A stretch of 44,267 bases of DNA, from positions 60,538,446-60,582,712 of the forward strand of contig NC_068981.1 of NCBI RefSeq assembly GCF_001194135.2, in the 5' to 3' direction. The notes beneath the pieces were generated by a model. The model was given only the letters and a program-made list of their open reading frames with translations, did not search any database and was not told the DNA's origin. Shown one piece after another: positions 1-11,530 of this stretch. Origin of the DNA: Octopus bimaculoides (taxonomy: Eukaryota). Position 1 is the stretch's first letter. Every line of letters begins with the position of its first letter. Made by a program: the position numbers and the translations under genes.

Positions 1-31
<31 letters not shown>

Positions 32-58
32 CATATATATGTATATATATGCTCATCA

Positions 59-96
<38 letters not shown>

Positions 97-125
97 TTAC
101 CTGTCTCACTATCTGTCTGTCTGTC
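1..125. repeat. Compound microsatellite (AT)n/(ATCT)n/(TCTG)n
   Basis: Directly visible tandem di- and tetranucleotide runs. Confidence 0.95.
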
Positions 126-554
126 TACTTGCAACAAAAAGAAGGAATCTCATAATTACTGTTGAATTGCTATTAATCAAATTAAACCAAAATATTTTAT
201 TACACGCGAGATTCACTTGTAATGGGTATACTAATATTAATGCATATGTGTGATGGATGGCACTTCGGTTTCAGTTAAAATATAATAGGCATGTGTTAAC
301 TGAAGCTTAAAAGATATTTATTTCACCTGTACATTACATTGATCAAATTTCTATTAAAAAGGAAAACTGGTCTGCAATAATGTGTTTTGGAACAATTTTA
401 TTAATTACAAGACTAAATGTAAATTTTCTTGTTATATCATTTCCCCATATTTCGACATTATATGCGCTCGCACATCCACACTTCCTCACACAAACATAGA
501 CGCAGACACACATACACAGACACAGACACAAACACACAGACACACACACAATTC

Positions 555-1108
555 AATAAATTGGAGTCAAGAAGAAGGGATACAGTTGAACATTTATTTG
601 TAATCACTATAATTTTTTACACGCAGCGTAATTCTCGAGCCTACGGGTATTTGGTTATGTAACTTACCTTGCATTATGACACCTAATTGGATTTCTTTGG
701 GCGATATATAAATATTGTCTCCATAAACTCAAATTCTCGGCTTCAAGTGCATCACAAAACCAAATTCTCGGTTTCAAGTCATTAGCGAAACCACCCTTCC
801 AGTCCTTCCATTCATTCAAAGCAGTTTATCAACAGACTTTCAGTCACAACACATTTCTTGATGCACTCAGTGGCTGCTACTAACTCGCAGGTCACGACAG
901 ATACATAAGTTGCACTGGAAGCCGAGAATTTGAGTTTACGGAGACAATATCTATAAATTGCCTGAGAAAACAACTAGATCTCATAATGCAGGGAATCAGT
1001 TACATAACCAAATACCTGCAAACCTGGAGAATTATGCTGCGTGGAAACAATTATAGTGATTACAAATAAATGTCCAACCGTATCCCTTCTTCTTGACTCC
1101 AACTTATT
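555..1108. mobile_element. Fold-back / MITE-like element with ~195-bp imperfect inverted arms
   Basis: 555-751 (aataaattggagtcaagaagaagggatacagttg...aaattctcggcttcaagtgca) is the imperfect reverse complement of 911-1108 (tgcactggaagccgagaattt...accgtatcccttcttcttgactccaacttatt). The spacer is ~160 bp. There is no coding capacity and no clear TSD. Confidence 0.75.
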
Positions 1109-1374
1109 CATTTATCTATTCACACACTACGAAAGCCCCAACACAAATCTGGCAGTACGTATAAGACTACTAGTGGATAGCAGCGGGTGAAATCTGAAGG
1201 TGGAGAGGCTTTATACTGTACTGTACAACGTTCTTAACAGAATAAAACTGTATATATATATGATAGGATTGCTTCAATATTCAAGGGGTAGTCTGAAGTA
1301 TCTAAGCAGCCAGGGGATAATTAAATCCGAAGTCACTCCTGGAGATTACTTGCGTGGGTACCGCAGTTTATAAT

Positions 1375-1514
1375 TATAATGAAGTGGAGAATGGAGAAAC
1401 AAACACAAGAAGAAGCAAGTCAGTTGGGCTAGTTAGCCATTGATTTAATTAGCCCAGTTGATTTAATAGCCCAATTGACTTGCTTCTTGTGTTTGTTTCT
1501 CCATTTTCCACTTG

Positions 1515-1520
<6 letters not shown>
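1375..1520. repeat. 146-bp hairpin with TA-rich ends (possible Tc1/mariner-type MITE)
   Basis: Arms 1375-1431 (tataatgaagtggagaatggagaaacaaacacaagaagaagcaagtcagttgggcta) and 1467-1520 (tagcccaattgacttgcttcttgtgtttgtttctccattttccacttgattata) are near-perfect reverse complements. Confidence 0.75.
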
Positions 1521-1550
<30 letters not shown>

Positions 1551-1629
1551 TGGTTTGGAGTTTTGACTGCTCCTAGCGGGTTGCATGTCCTATTATGGAC
1601 ATTTCGCTTTTGTGTTTAAATGTACACTG

Positions 1630-1677
1630 TATATATATATATATATATATATATGCACATATACGTATACATATACT

Positions 1678-1770
<93 letters not shown>
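1630..1770. repeat. (TA)n and long (TG)n microsatellite
   Basis: Directly visible; source of the spurious ORFs at 1585-1912. Confidence 0.95.
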
Positions 1771-1773
<3 letters not shown>

Positions 1774-1980
1774 TGTCTTGTTTGTCCCGAACCACTGCTT
1801 GAAAACCGGTCTTGGTGTGTTTAGGTATAAGTAATTTAGTAGTTCGGCAAAAGAGAACGATAGAATAAGTACTGGTTTTAAAAGAAAACAGTAAGTACTC
1901 GGATTGACTCATTCGACTGGAAATTCTTTTGGGCGATCACCCATCAAGGTCGTAGTCTAATGACAGATAAATAAAAATAA
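1771..1980 (+). mobile_element. 3' body of a SINE family (same family as the copies at 2300-2599 and 17400-17816)
   Basis: After the (TG)n tract, the segment ttgtcccgaaccactgcttgaaaaccgg...ttcggcaaaagagaacgatagaataagtact resembles the reverse complement of 17505-17600 and 2385-2455. Confidence 0.6.
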
Positions 1981-2299
1981 CGAACAAAATAATATAAGAT
2001 ATATATATCAGAAATAACAGATTGACTCAAGTTCCGACAATTTTTTGCGATGGCACTTAGCAAACTAGTTACTCTGTTACTTCTGCAAAATATTAATAAA
2101 AATATACAGATACTCATTTTGTGTTCTATCTTTCTGTTTCCATCACCATACCTGTATATATAAATATATAGATATATATAGATATATAGATATATAAATA
2201 TATAGATATATAGATATAGATATACATATATATATTTATACACGCACACACACATTCACTCACACACCTATATATCTATACAATTATATGTATTCTTTT

Positions 2300-2599
2300 A
2301 TTTTTTTAACTTTTCGATCATTTGACTGTAGCCCCGCCTTGAAGGGATTTTAGTCAAACAGATCTACCTCAGGACTTTCTTTTAAAGCCTAGTACTTATT
2401 CTGTCGGGACGTAAACACACCAGCACGTGTTCTGAAGCGGTGATCGGTGGGACACAACACACATATACGTCTACCACGTAGTGGGATACAACACAGAATC
2501 ATGTGGTTGGGAAGCAAGTTTCTTATTTCTTTATTGCCCACAAGGGGCTAAACATAGAGGGGACAAACAAGGACAGCTTCTAACCACACAGCCACACCT
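2300..2599 (-). mobile_element. tRNA-derived SINE, internally deleted and interrupted by a 58-bp insertion
   Basis: The minus strand begins aggtgtggctgtgtggtta (A-box-like TGGCTGTGTGG). The body matches the copies at 17400-17816 and 35917-36080, but the middle is missing (cgtctacca joins directly to cgtagtggga). Confidence 0.7.
2519..2576 (-). mobile_element. 58-bp retroposon 3' tail fragment (5'-truncated) inserted into the SINE head
   Basis: Removing 2519-2576 restores aagcaag|cttctaaccacacagcc, matching uninterrupted aaacaagcttcttacgacacaacc at ~17783-17806. The insert reads ctgtccttgtttgtcccctcta...gggcAATAAAgaaataagaaa on the minus strand. Confidence 0.75.
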
Positions 2600-3050
2600 T
2601 ACATATATAACCATATATATATACACATATATATATATATATATTGTTCACTCCACAAATTTCTTCAGAAATTTCCCGACCAATCTCCTTCACCCGGATA
2701 TGTCTCCAACAATAATAACTCTTTGCTTGAATGGGCTATGGTGTCCCATATATGATTAAAAGACTTCACCAGGCGGTACTATTACGTTAGACAAGCCCTA
2801 GGCCTATTCTGGCAGAAACCTATCGGTTATCAAAGTTATATGCATACATATTCACGCAAATGTTTGTGCTCGTACATACGAATATAAACACACATGCACA
2901 CACAAACACGAACAGGCACACGCACTGGCACGCATGCTCCACAAATCATAATCATACTCCATAATCATAAAGGTATAATTATATACATATAATTACATAT
3001 AATTATATATAATTACATATGCATATAATTATATACATTATATACATATA

Positions 3051-4250
3051 TACTGGGTTGTCAAATAAATTCGTTCGCTTTTTCCATTTTTAAAGAATTA
3101 TTCTTACGTTCCATCAACAACATTAACAGGTCACTCAATTTTATATTTAACTTCGTTGTTAACATCTCCTTGCCATTGTTCCGTTAGTTTATTCGTGACT
3201 TAGTTGTAGAAATCATCGGGTCTTAACACAAAGAATGCGTTGAGGCATGATTTCTGCTTCATTGCCCTGCTGCACAAAACACTTTGCAGAATCTTGGGGT
3301 GGGACAGAAAACTGCTTTAATCTGAAGGCATTATATGAGTGGAATACAGTAGCTACGGTTCATCTTTCTTAGTGACCGTCCGAAAAGTATTTAAGTTAAA
3401 TAGTGAAATCGAGGCGATTGTCGTCACATTGAAGAAACCCGTGTCACCGGTAGGTCATTTCAACAGCATTGCCTTGTTGAGTCAGTGCATTTGCTGAGGT
3501 TAATACTTCGTACTGACTGAATGGTTGCTTTCAATCATTTCGTACAAGATGAGCCCTTGTGAATGCCGCAAAACATTTTCCCTCGTAGCTGCAGCTTTGG
3601 CTTGTCCCGATCAGCTGCTTACTTGTCAGGACACAGTTAATATCCTCTTCTGTTTCATATTGACATAAAAACAACATACTTCCTCACTGGTGACTATGCA
3701 GTAAAGAAATCGGTGTGTCACGTGTAGCCTGATGGGAGAAAAAACTACCGATGTAGAGGGAGAAAACTTCCGATGATGCATGAGCGATGGAGTTCGTCTC
3801 TTTTTCCTTCAGAGCATGTGGTACCTGTGCATCGAGTTTTTCGTGCTTACCCATTCAGTGACGGTAACGGATGACGGTATCATGAGAGTATCACATCTGC
3901 TAGGCCAAGTCCCTAGTGAATTGGCGCGTCCTCGGGAATGAGCTGCACAGTCGATCCTCATTGTAGGATGGAACGCAGAAAATGTGTAACGTTGAATTTC
4001 CTTTTCTTTTAGCATAAAACCATTTCTGCATTGTTCTTTCATTAATAGTGCTTCTCCGCACACAACAAAAATATCTCAAGCAATTTTGTCAGCTTTGAAA
4101 CGTCGATTGAAGTAGGTCGTAAATGCTATTATTTTTACTTGGCAGTCTATCCTCGCATGTCTGAAAAAAGGAAAAATTTAATCAAATTTGAAAAACTAAA
4201 ACGATAAACAAGATATTTAGAGGAAGAATACAGCTACAAAAAAAAAAAAA
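3051..4250 (-). mobile_element. Decayed mariner (Tc1/mariner D,D34D) transposon, copy 1
   Basis: TA plus TIR-like ctgggttgtcaaataaattcgttcgc at 3051-3078. The 5' end runs toward the gap at ~4256. Confidence 0.8.
3131..4150 (-). pseudogene. Mariner transposase pseudogene (heavily frameshifted)
   Basis: Minus-strand remnants: DCQVK at the N-terminus, QVPHAL (WVPHEL-like motif), RFLYCIVTSEEVCCFYVNMKQKR (TGDEKW region), LYSTHIMPSD (YSPDLAPSD), and FFVLRPDDFYN...QWQGDVNNEVKYKIE* ending at 3131. Confidence 0.8.
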
Positions 4251-4500
4251 AAAATNNNNNNNNNNNNNNNNNNNNNNNNNNNNNNNNNNNNNNNNNNNNN
4301 NNNNNNNNNNNNNNNNNNNNNNNNNNNNNNNNNNNNNNNNNNNNNNNNNNNNNNNNNNNNNNNNNNNNNNNNNNNNNNNNNNNNNNNNNNNNNNNNNNNN
4401 NNNNNNNNNNNNNNNNNNNNNNNNNNNNNNNNNNNNNNNNNNNNNNNNNNNNNNNNNNNNNNNNNNNNNNNNNNNNNNNNNNNNTATATATATATGTATG

Positions 4501-4531
<31 letters not shown>

Positions 4532-5989
4532 ATATATATATATGGGTGTGTGTGTGTATGATATGCATATATATATGTGTGTGTGTGTGTGTGTGTAAGT
4601 ATGAATTTATGTAAGTATGTATGTTTTCATGTACTTATTTTTGTATGTATATGTAAGAATTTATAGGCACATATGCTTACACACATATACAAACGCACAC
4701 GCATACATGCACGCACATACATATGTCTGGAAGAAATTTCTAATATTTTTATCCGAGATCCGTTAGAATTTGTTTGAAATACTTTTTCCAATATTGAATT
4801 ACATCTATCACATTTGTATGCATTTACTGTTTTTGCTTTCTTTCCGTATGTTTCACGAACTGGCTTAAAAAAATTGACTATTATTCTTTGTGAATTCAGT
4901 CTCTCTCAATTCTTTTTTTTTTCAGACTGCAATATTTACTCTTTCGTTTTATAACGACTGTTTTGATATTCGGCATCCACAATATTGTTTAGGTTGTTCA
5001 ACATTTGTTTTTGAACATTTCTCCATTGTTTACAACATGGCATAATTTCTGATTATGGGTCAGTCACTTGTTTTTGGCTTTTTAACATGATCTTTTATTC
5101 TTTGTTTTCTTTTGAAAAACGCACATATTTTGTCTTATCTGTTTAGAACAAGAGCATTCGTCTGAAATACACCTCTTCCTGTATGTAAATTTCAAAATTT
5201 AAAAGTAAGATTTTGTCAAGAGTCTAGTTTACATCACACCGTTGTGATTGTCTTTGTATTTTTTTTTTGCTCTTACGCGATTGCAAAATTTACCTAGACA
5301 GAAAAAATATGGGAACCTGTCTGAGTCGTGAGGAAATTCAAGGGAAAATAAACAACAGCACGATGCATGAGATACCAAAGCATTAAGGAAAATGTATTTC
5401 TTTAAAATTATACTAAATTAAATTGAAAGAATAACAGATGATTAAAAAATATATATAGGGCATAATCAATAAAATGTTAAAATGAATTAAACGCACTTAA
5501 AAATATTTTTTAAATGATAAAAATATAAACAATTTAAAATATTTAATATATAGAAATTTGATAGAATAAATCTATCAGCTTGAAAACATTATACACAGTC
5601 AATTCAGTAAAACAAAATTTAAAATATGATAATATATAATGAAAGCTACTTGAGTAAATGAGAAAATGTATTATTACAGTAACTTTCTATTCACTCTATT
5701 GGATATTTTTAAGGATGCTTTATTTTCTGTATGTTCGCTTCCCCACCTTCGTTATGCAGCATTCGATATAAAAGTGTGTTATTCACAACTTAGCACAAGA
5801 ACACTCCTACTGGTTGTAAATTTTAATGTAATACATAATTCAGCCTTTCATCCACACATCCGTACATACATACTTACACACACACACGCACACACACACA
5901 CACATACACACACACACAGATACACACACACACACACACACAGATGTATATGTGATCACTGATTGAGTTAAGAAGGGAAATCTCTCTAT

Positions 5990-6612
5990 ATTGAGGCCTA
6001 TTGATACAATAATACGTGTCCATAGCTATTCTCTTGTCCCCAGACAATTGAATTTTTTTTGTTTTTGTTTTTCATAATGAACTATCAATTTAAAAGAATT
6101 CTTGATTCTTGAGTTTATTAATCCTTCTTATTTGAAGTTCGGTCCTGTTTGTTACGGAGTCATTGTTCTACTATTCCTTGAAGGTAAGAAATTTCAATAC
6201 ATTAGATTATGTCTTCTGCGCTACAAGACAACAGGATTAGATCCCTTTATCATCTTTACTGTACGGATGTATGCAACTGCCCGCTCTTAGTTATTTCTGT
6301 TAGCTAATATTCTTTTTATTTATGCTTATCGTCCAGCCCATGAATGAATTCTACTATTTTTATACATGTCTAAATGTCCATTCTTCTGAAAATAAGATAA
6401 GGATAATTGAGCTGATGACGCCTATTGATGCAGAACAACTTACTCTCAGCTATCCTCTTGTCTCCAGACAATCAGATTTTCATTTTCCTTATTGGCATGT
6501 CCGTTCTGTGAACTCTTCAGTCTTGAGATTATCTAACACTCATTTGAAGTTGGTACCAGTTATGTCAAAGCTATTGTTCAAACATACCTGAAAACAGAAA
6601 TAATTTCAATAA
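5990..6612. repeat. Diverged tandem duplication, period ~410-425 bp
   Basis: Collinear shared blocks: cctattgat (5997/6421), ctattctcttgtccccagacaat vs ctatcctcttgtctccagacaat (~6027/~6450), atttgaagtt (~6130/~6542), aatttcaata (~6191/~6602). Confidence 0.7.
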
Positions 6613-9494
6613 ATCATCAATCAACAATCTCTCTTATATGATAAGTACAAAATAAAATACAAAAATACAAAGACAATCATAACGGTGTGTTGCAAACTAG
6701 ATTCCTGGCAAAAGCTTGCTTGTAAATTTTGAAATTTACATGCAAGAAGAGGTGTACTTCCAGGCGAATGCTCCAGTTCTAAACAGATATGACACAATAT
6801 ATGCGTTTTTCAAAAGAAGAAAAAAAAAAAACTAACACAACATAACGTTAAAAACACAAAAACAAGTGACTGACCCATAATCAGAAATTATGCCACGTTG
6901 TAAAAAATGGAGAAATGTTCGAAAAGAAATGTTGAACAATCTATTTATAGTTGTTAATCAAATATATGATACCGGCAAATTTCAGCTATTTCTCTTACCT
7001 CATTTTCACTTCAAATGTTAACTCACATAAACTACAAAAATATTATATGCATATGTATGTGGGTGTGAGTGCACCAATCTCTCCAATCTCTCTCTTTCTC
7101 TCTCTCTACATATGGATGTATGCATATATATATGCCAAAAAATCTCTCTAAGCTAGAAACCCTTGCATATGTATTATTGTAGCTATGATTAAATCACAAT
7201 CAAGATCAATCATACAATATCAATGTATAATATATAACAATAGCAAAACACATCATGATACAAGAAATCAAGAAACTTTTAACAGGTTAATCCCTACGAT
7301 TGGCAAGATAACTTAGAACAACGATATCATAAAAGATTGATAGACATTAAGCATATCAAGCACACTCTGTCATCACCAGCCCTTAAAAACATTGGCTATT
7401 ATTCTTTATTTTGACACCCGAGCAATGCCATTCAAATTGTCGGTTTAAGTGCAATCGTATTAAATTAGTACATAATTATCATGTTCTCCAATAATAGTTT
7501 ATTTCACCATTATATACTATATTAATTCCAATCGTTCAATTTATCAGTTTCTTAAATCTTGATTAGTCCATCATTATATACCATGTAGATCCAATGTATC
7601 AATTCTTTATCTTAACTGTATAATAAATTTGCTTTTCATGTGCCCTTTTAATGATGTTAGATATACAAGTTTAATTTTGAAATTTTAGTCCAATATATAT
7701 ATATAAATTTTAATTTCACATTTTAGCTATGGGTCTGTTATATTGGTGTAAATAAGTCTAAATGTACTTTACCATAGCATTTTAGATTAATGCCACCACA
7801 TTGATTTTGTATACTGCATTAATTGATTATTTACATTATTATACACTATTTCATTTTATTTCATTATTTAATTTATAATTAGCCTTTAGTTATTCACATA
7901 TTAATTAAGCAAATATTGGTATCTCAAGTATTTCAAACTTAGCATATGTAAAACAATTCTGATATATTATTCTTATTAATGAAAACTGTGAATAACTATT
8001 TATTGTATCTGTATACTATATAGCAACTTTTTTTTATATGCGCTTGACCTATGTGCTATATGATAAGATTTCTCCTGTTTGATTCATTATAAACTGGTCT
8101 ACTAGTAGAGAAACTCCACCCCCCTAAGAAATTTTATAACCCTAAGAAATTTAATAACAATATCATCCATGTTTACTGTCTATATTGTTTACCCCTTACC
8201 CCAAAAAGAAAATACCATTGTTCTCTTAAGCCTTGAATCTCTAGGTCTGATACGATAGTCCATAAATCAGAACAAAAAAAAAAAAAAAAAAAAAANNNNN
8301 NNNNNNNNNNNNNNNNNNNNNNNNNNNNNNNNNNNNNNNNNNNNNNNNNNNNNNNNNNNNNNNNNNNNNNNNNNNNNNNNNNNNNNNNNNNNNNNNNNNN
8401 NNNNNNNNNNNNNNNNNNNNNNNNNNNNNNNNNNNNNNNNNNNNNNNNNNNNNNNNNNNNNNNNNNNNNNNNNNNNNNNNNNNNNNNNNNNNNNNNNNNN
8501 NNNNNNNNNNNNNNNNNNNNNNNNNNNNNNNNNNNNNNNNNNNNNNNNNNNNNNNNNNNNNNNNNNNNNNNNNNNNNNNNNNNNNNNNNNNNNNNNNNNN
8601 NNNNNNNNNNNNNNNNNNNNNNNNNNNNNNNNNNNNNNNNNNNNNNNNNNNNNNNNNNNNNNNNNNNNNNNNNNNNNNNNNNNNNNNNNNNNNNNNNNNN
8701 NNNNNNNNNNNNNNNNNNNNNNNNNNNNNNNNNNNNNNNNNNNNNNNNNNNNNNNNNNNNNNNNNNNNNNNNNNNNNNNNNNNNNNNNNNNNNNNNNNNN
8801 NNNNNNNNNNNNNNNNNNNNNATATGAGTTTGTCTGTCGGTCCGTCTATATATGCATGTATGTATGTATGTATGTATGTATCTATCTATCTAGTAATTTG
8901 ATTAAAATTCAAGGTGACAGTTTGTAGATATTCACCCCAGAAAGAGAAAGAGCGAATATTATTTTTGCATAGTAATACGGGCAAAAATGAAAATTTAAGT
9001 TTTTATTGTGTAAAATGTGTGGATATATTGTGATACCGTTTAGATAAATCATTCATCATACAATATCTCGCCTGATTTTCTTATCTGCAGAATTTGTTAA
9101 GTCGGTTAGTTCTGGAAGAAATGTAGGATATGCCTGAAGAAATAGTGTCTTTTGAAAAAACTTTTTGAATGAGACAATGTTTAATTGTTATTCTGATTAG
9201 CAAAATGTTTAGTCCGAGCAATAAATGAATAGGATAAACTGGGTTGTCTGCTCTGCTAATAATAACGATGTTGTTAGCGAGCGAAAAACAATCAGGTGGT
9301 AAATAATATTCGAAATGAAAATTTTCTTAAGTTAATTATTAAAGAATCAAACTAAACAAAAATCATTTACTGTGATCTGCGATAAGTCTGGAAAAGAGTT
9401 GTTGCTATAAAAAAATGTTTCTGATTTAGGTACAAACCAACAGCTTAAAATGGCATCGGTATTTGACAACTTCTTTATTTTATCAAAGCCGGGA

Positions 9495-9810
9495 AAGTAA
9501 CATGTTGGGTTGATATCGGCAGGATTTGAACTCAGAATTTTAAGAGCCAAACAAAATATCACAAGGAATTTATTCGGAGGATTTAATGCCTCTGCAATAT
9601 CACTGCTTTTCGCTTTTCATCGTACTAATAGTTTCAAGTTTTAGCACAGAGCCATTAGTTGTAAGAGATGGGGTAGTCGATCACATCGGTGCTCAACCAG
9701 TACCCATTTAGTCGACCTCGGCAGAATTTCAATCCAGAACATAAAGAGGCGGAAAAATGCCGTTAAGTATTTTGTTTAATGTTAAAGAAGTCTACGAGCT
9801 CGCGGCTTCA
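9495..9810 (-). mobile_element. Two decayed tRNA-derived SINE fragments
   Basis: Reverse-complement B-box-like ggatttgaactc at 9522-9533. A related cgacctcggcagaatttcaatccagaac segment lies at ~9714-9741. Confidence 0.5.
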
Positions 9811-10122
9811 CTTATATTACTGATCGAAATTTATAATAACCACCACGATAACGTCATTCATGTATCACAGACATCTTACTTTACGAAAGAATGAAACTAT
9901 GTGGAATTCTCAACTTAAAATGTAATAAATATCTGTAATATATAAAATAGAGATGTCTGTGTATTCGCTTTTCACGTGAAATCGACTTCACCAAATGCTT
10001 CCATACTTGTGATGCATGAATAATTTGACCTCGGATAAATGTTAGGCTCTTCATTTGATTTTTTTATTAAAAATAAATAATATTGCTTTATGTTTATGAT
10101 TCACTTCTTTAAAAAGGTTCCT

Positions 10123-10240
10123 CAATGTCAACTTCCGGTATTGACGTAACAACGGCAAAAAGCTTCACTCTTTATTTTCACGTTTTTGTACCAAGTGCTT
10201 ACATACATGTGATGCAATGTCAACTTCCGGTATTGACGTA
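10123..10240. repeat. Perfect 26-bp direct repeat, 92-bp period
   Basis: caatgtcaacttccggtattgacgta at 10123-10148 and 10215-10240. Confidence 0.9.
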
Positions 10241-10256
10241 GCGTGTATGTAGTATT

Positions 10257-10293
<37 letters not shown>

Positions 10294-10423
10294 ACACGCA
10301 TACACACACACCCACACACAAAGGTCTATGCATATTTATGCATGTACGTATACATGACAACAAACCTCTCTCTCTCTCACACTCTGACACACACGCACAC
10401 ACGTCCATTTCATCTGATGTGTG

Positions 10424-10467
<44 letters not shown>

Positions 10468-11496
10468 CGCGTGCGTGCGTGAGGGGGTTCCACAATCGCC
10501 ATTTATTTCAATTACTCTTGTGAGGATATTCACGTAAATCATTTTTTTCGTTTAATCCCCATTTTGATTTTCGTAAAAGTTTCCAAGTACCAATGAGGCT
10601 TTTTGGCGCATCTTCAATTTTCCCATTCATGATAGGCGCCCAGCCATCATTCATCTGAGAGTCCATCTACAGAATGTCCTCAAATTTCTATACAGCATAT
10701 TTTGCTTTTTTTCATCCAGTATATAAGCAATAATTTCATTCCCGGGTGCCTCTGCTAGTTACATATAAATATAACTATGTATTCAATCTAGAATTTAAAT
10801 CCTTTTTCATGTACATTTTAAAAGCAATACAACGTTTTTACTTCAAGTTCACATAAAACTTCCATTAAGCAACAGGTTCCTGAATATATTCACTCGTAAC
10901 AAGTTGTGAATCAACTTTTACACCACAACATAAAATACATCTCAACATCTTACTAATTCTAAGAAACTTAGCGTAACCATTGGTAATAGTAACAAAAGCG
11001 TTCAAAAACAGTAAGAGAATTTTCAAAACAAGTTCACATCTTATAATTTAACCAAATATACAAATAAAAAAATGCAATATAACTTTTAATGATTCGTTGC
11101 GAAATACATCATTTGTTTTATTTCAAAACCATGTAGTTATTTAAAAATAATTAGTAAACTCTATGGAAAATATGGCATAAAGAGATCCATTTTGCAAATA
11201 TTTTTGAATCTGATATCAAACACTATTTGCAAGACATAAAGAAAGAAATAGGCAAACAAATTAGCTCTTGAAAATTATATAAATTGATTCACATGTTACT
11301 CCAAAAATTGCGATCAATAACTTTGTTAATATACTATTTTGGTTTTTATTTCGGAAAAACCAGTGAGACATTCAAGCATATAATAGTTGTGGTATTCTGT
11401 GACATAATATCTAACATGCGTCAACGGAAGTATACATACAATATATAATTTGTATAACGGTAGACTTCATGTCTATGTAAACGCGGCACGCGCACA

Positions 11497-11530
<34 letters not shown>

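Noticed and set aside
5309-5386. Small ORF MGTCLSREEIQGK... with a myristoylation/palmitoylation-like N-terminus reminiscent of G-alpha subunits
   Set aside because: It is only 25 codons, has no continuing G-alpha similarity and no convincing exon structure. It is likely chance.
7400-7950. Possible decayed Penelope GIY-YIG domain on the minus strand (KCEI...YIYIG, YIGST)
   Set aside because: The motifs need several frameshifts and partly derive from a (TA)n run. It is too degenerate to support without a profile search.
9134-9165. Other CTGANGA hammerhead-core-like words (e.g. ~6412, ~9134, ~20516, ~32417, ~40040)
   Set aside because: None has a stem II followed by GAAA and a pairing stem I.
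10735-10765. cccgggtgcctctgctagt resembling a Helitron 3' end (CTAG)
   Set aside because: No clear hairpin and no identifiable 5' TC end or Rep/helicase remnant.
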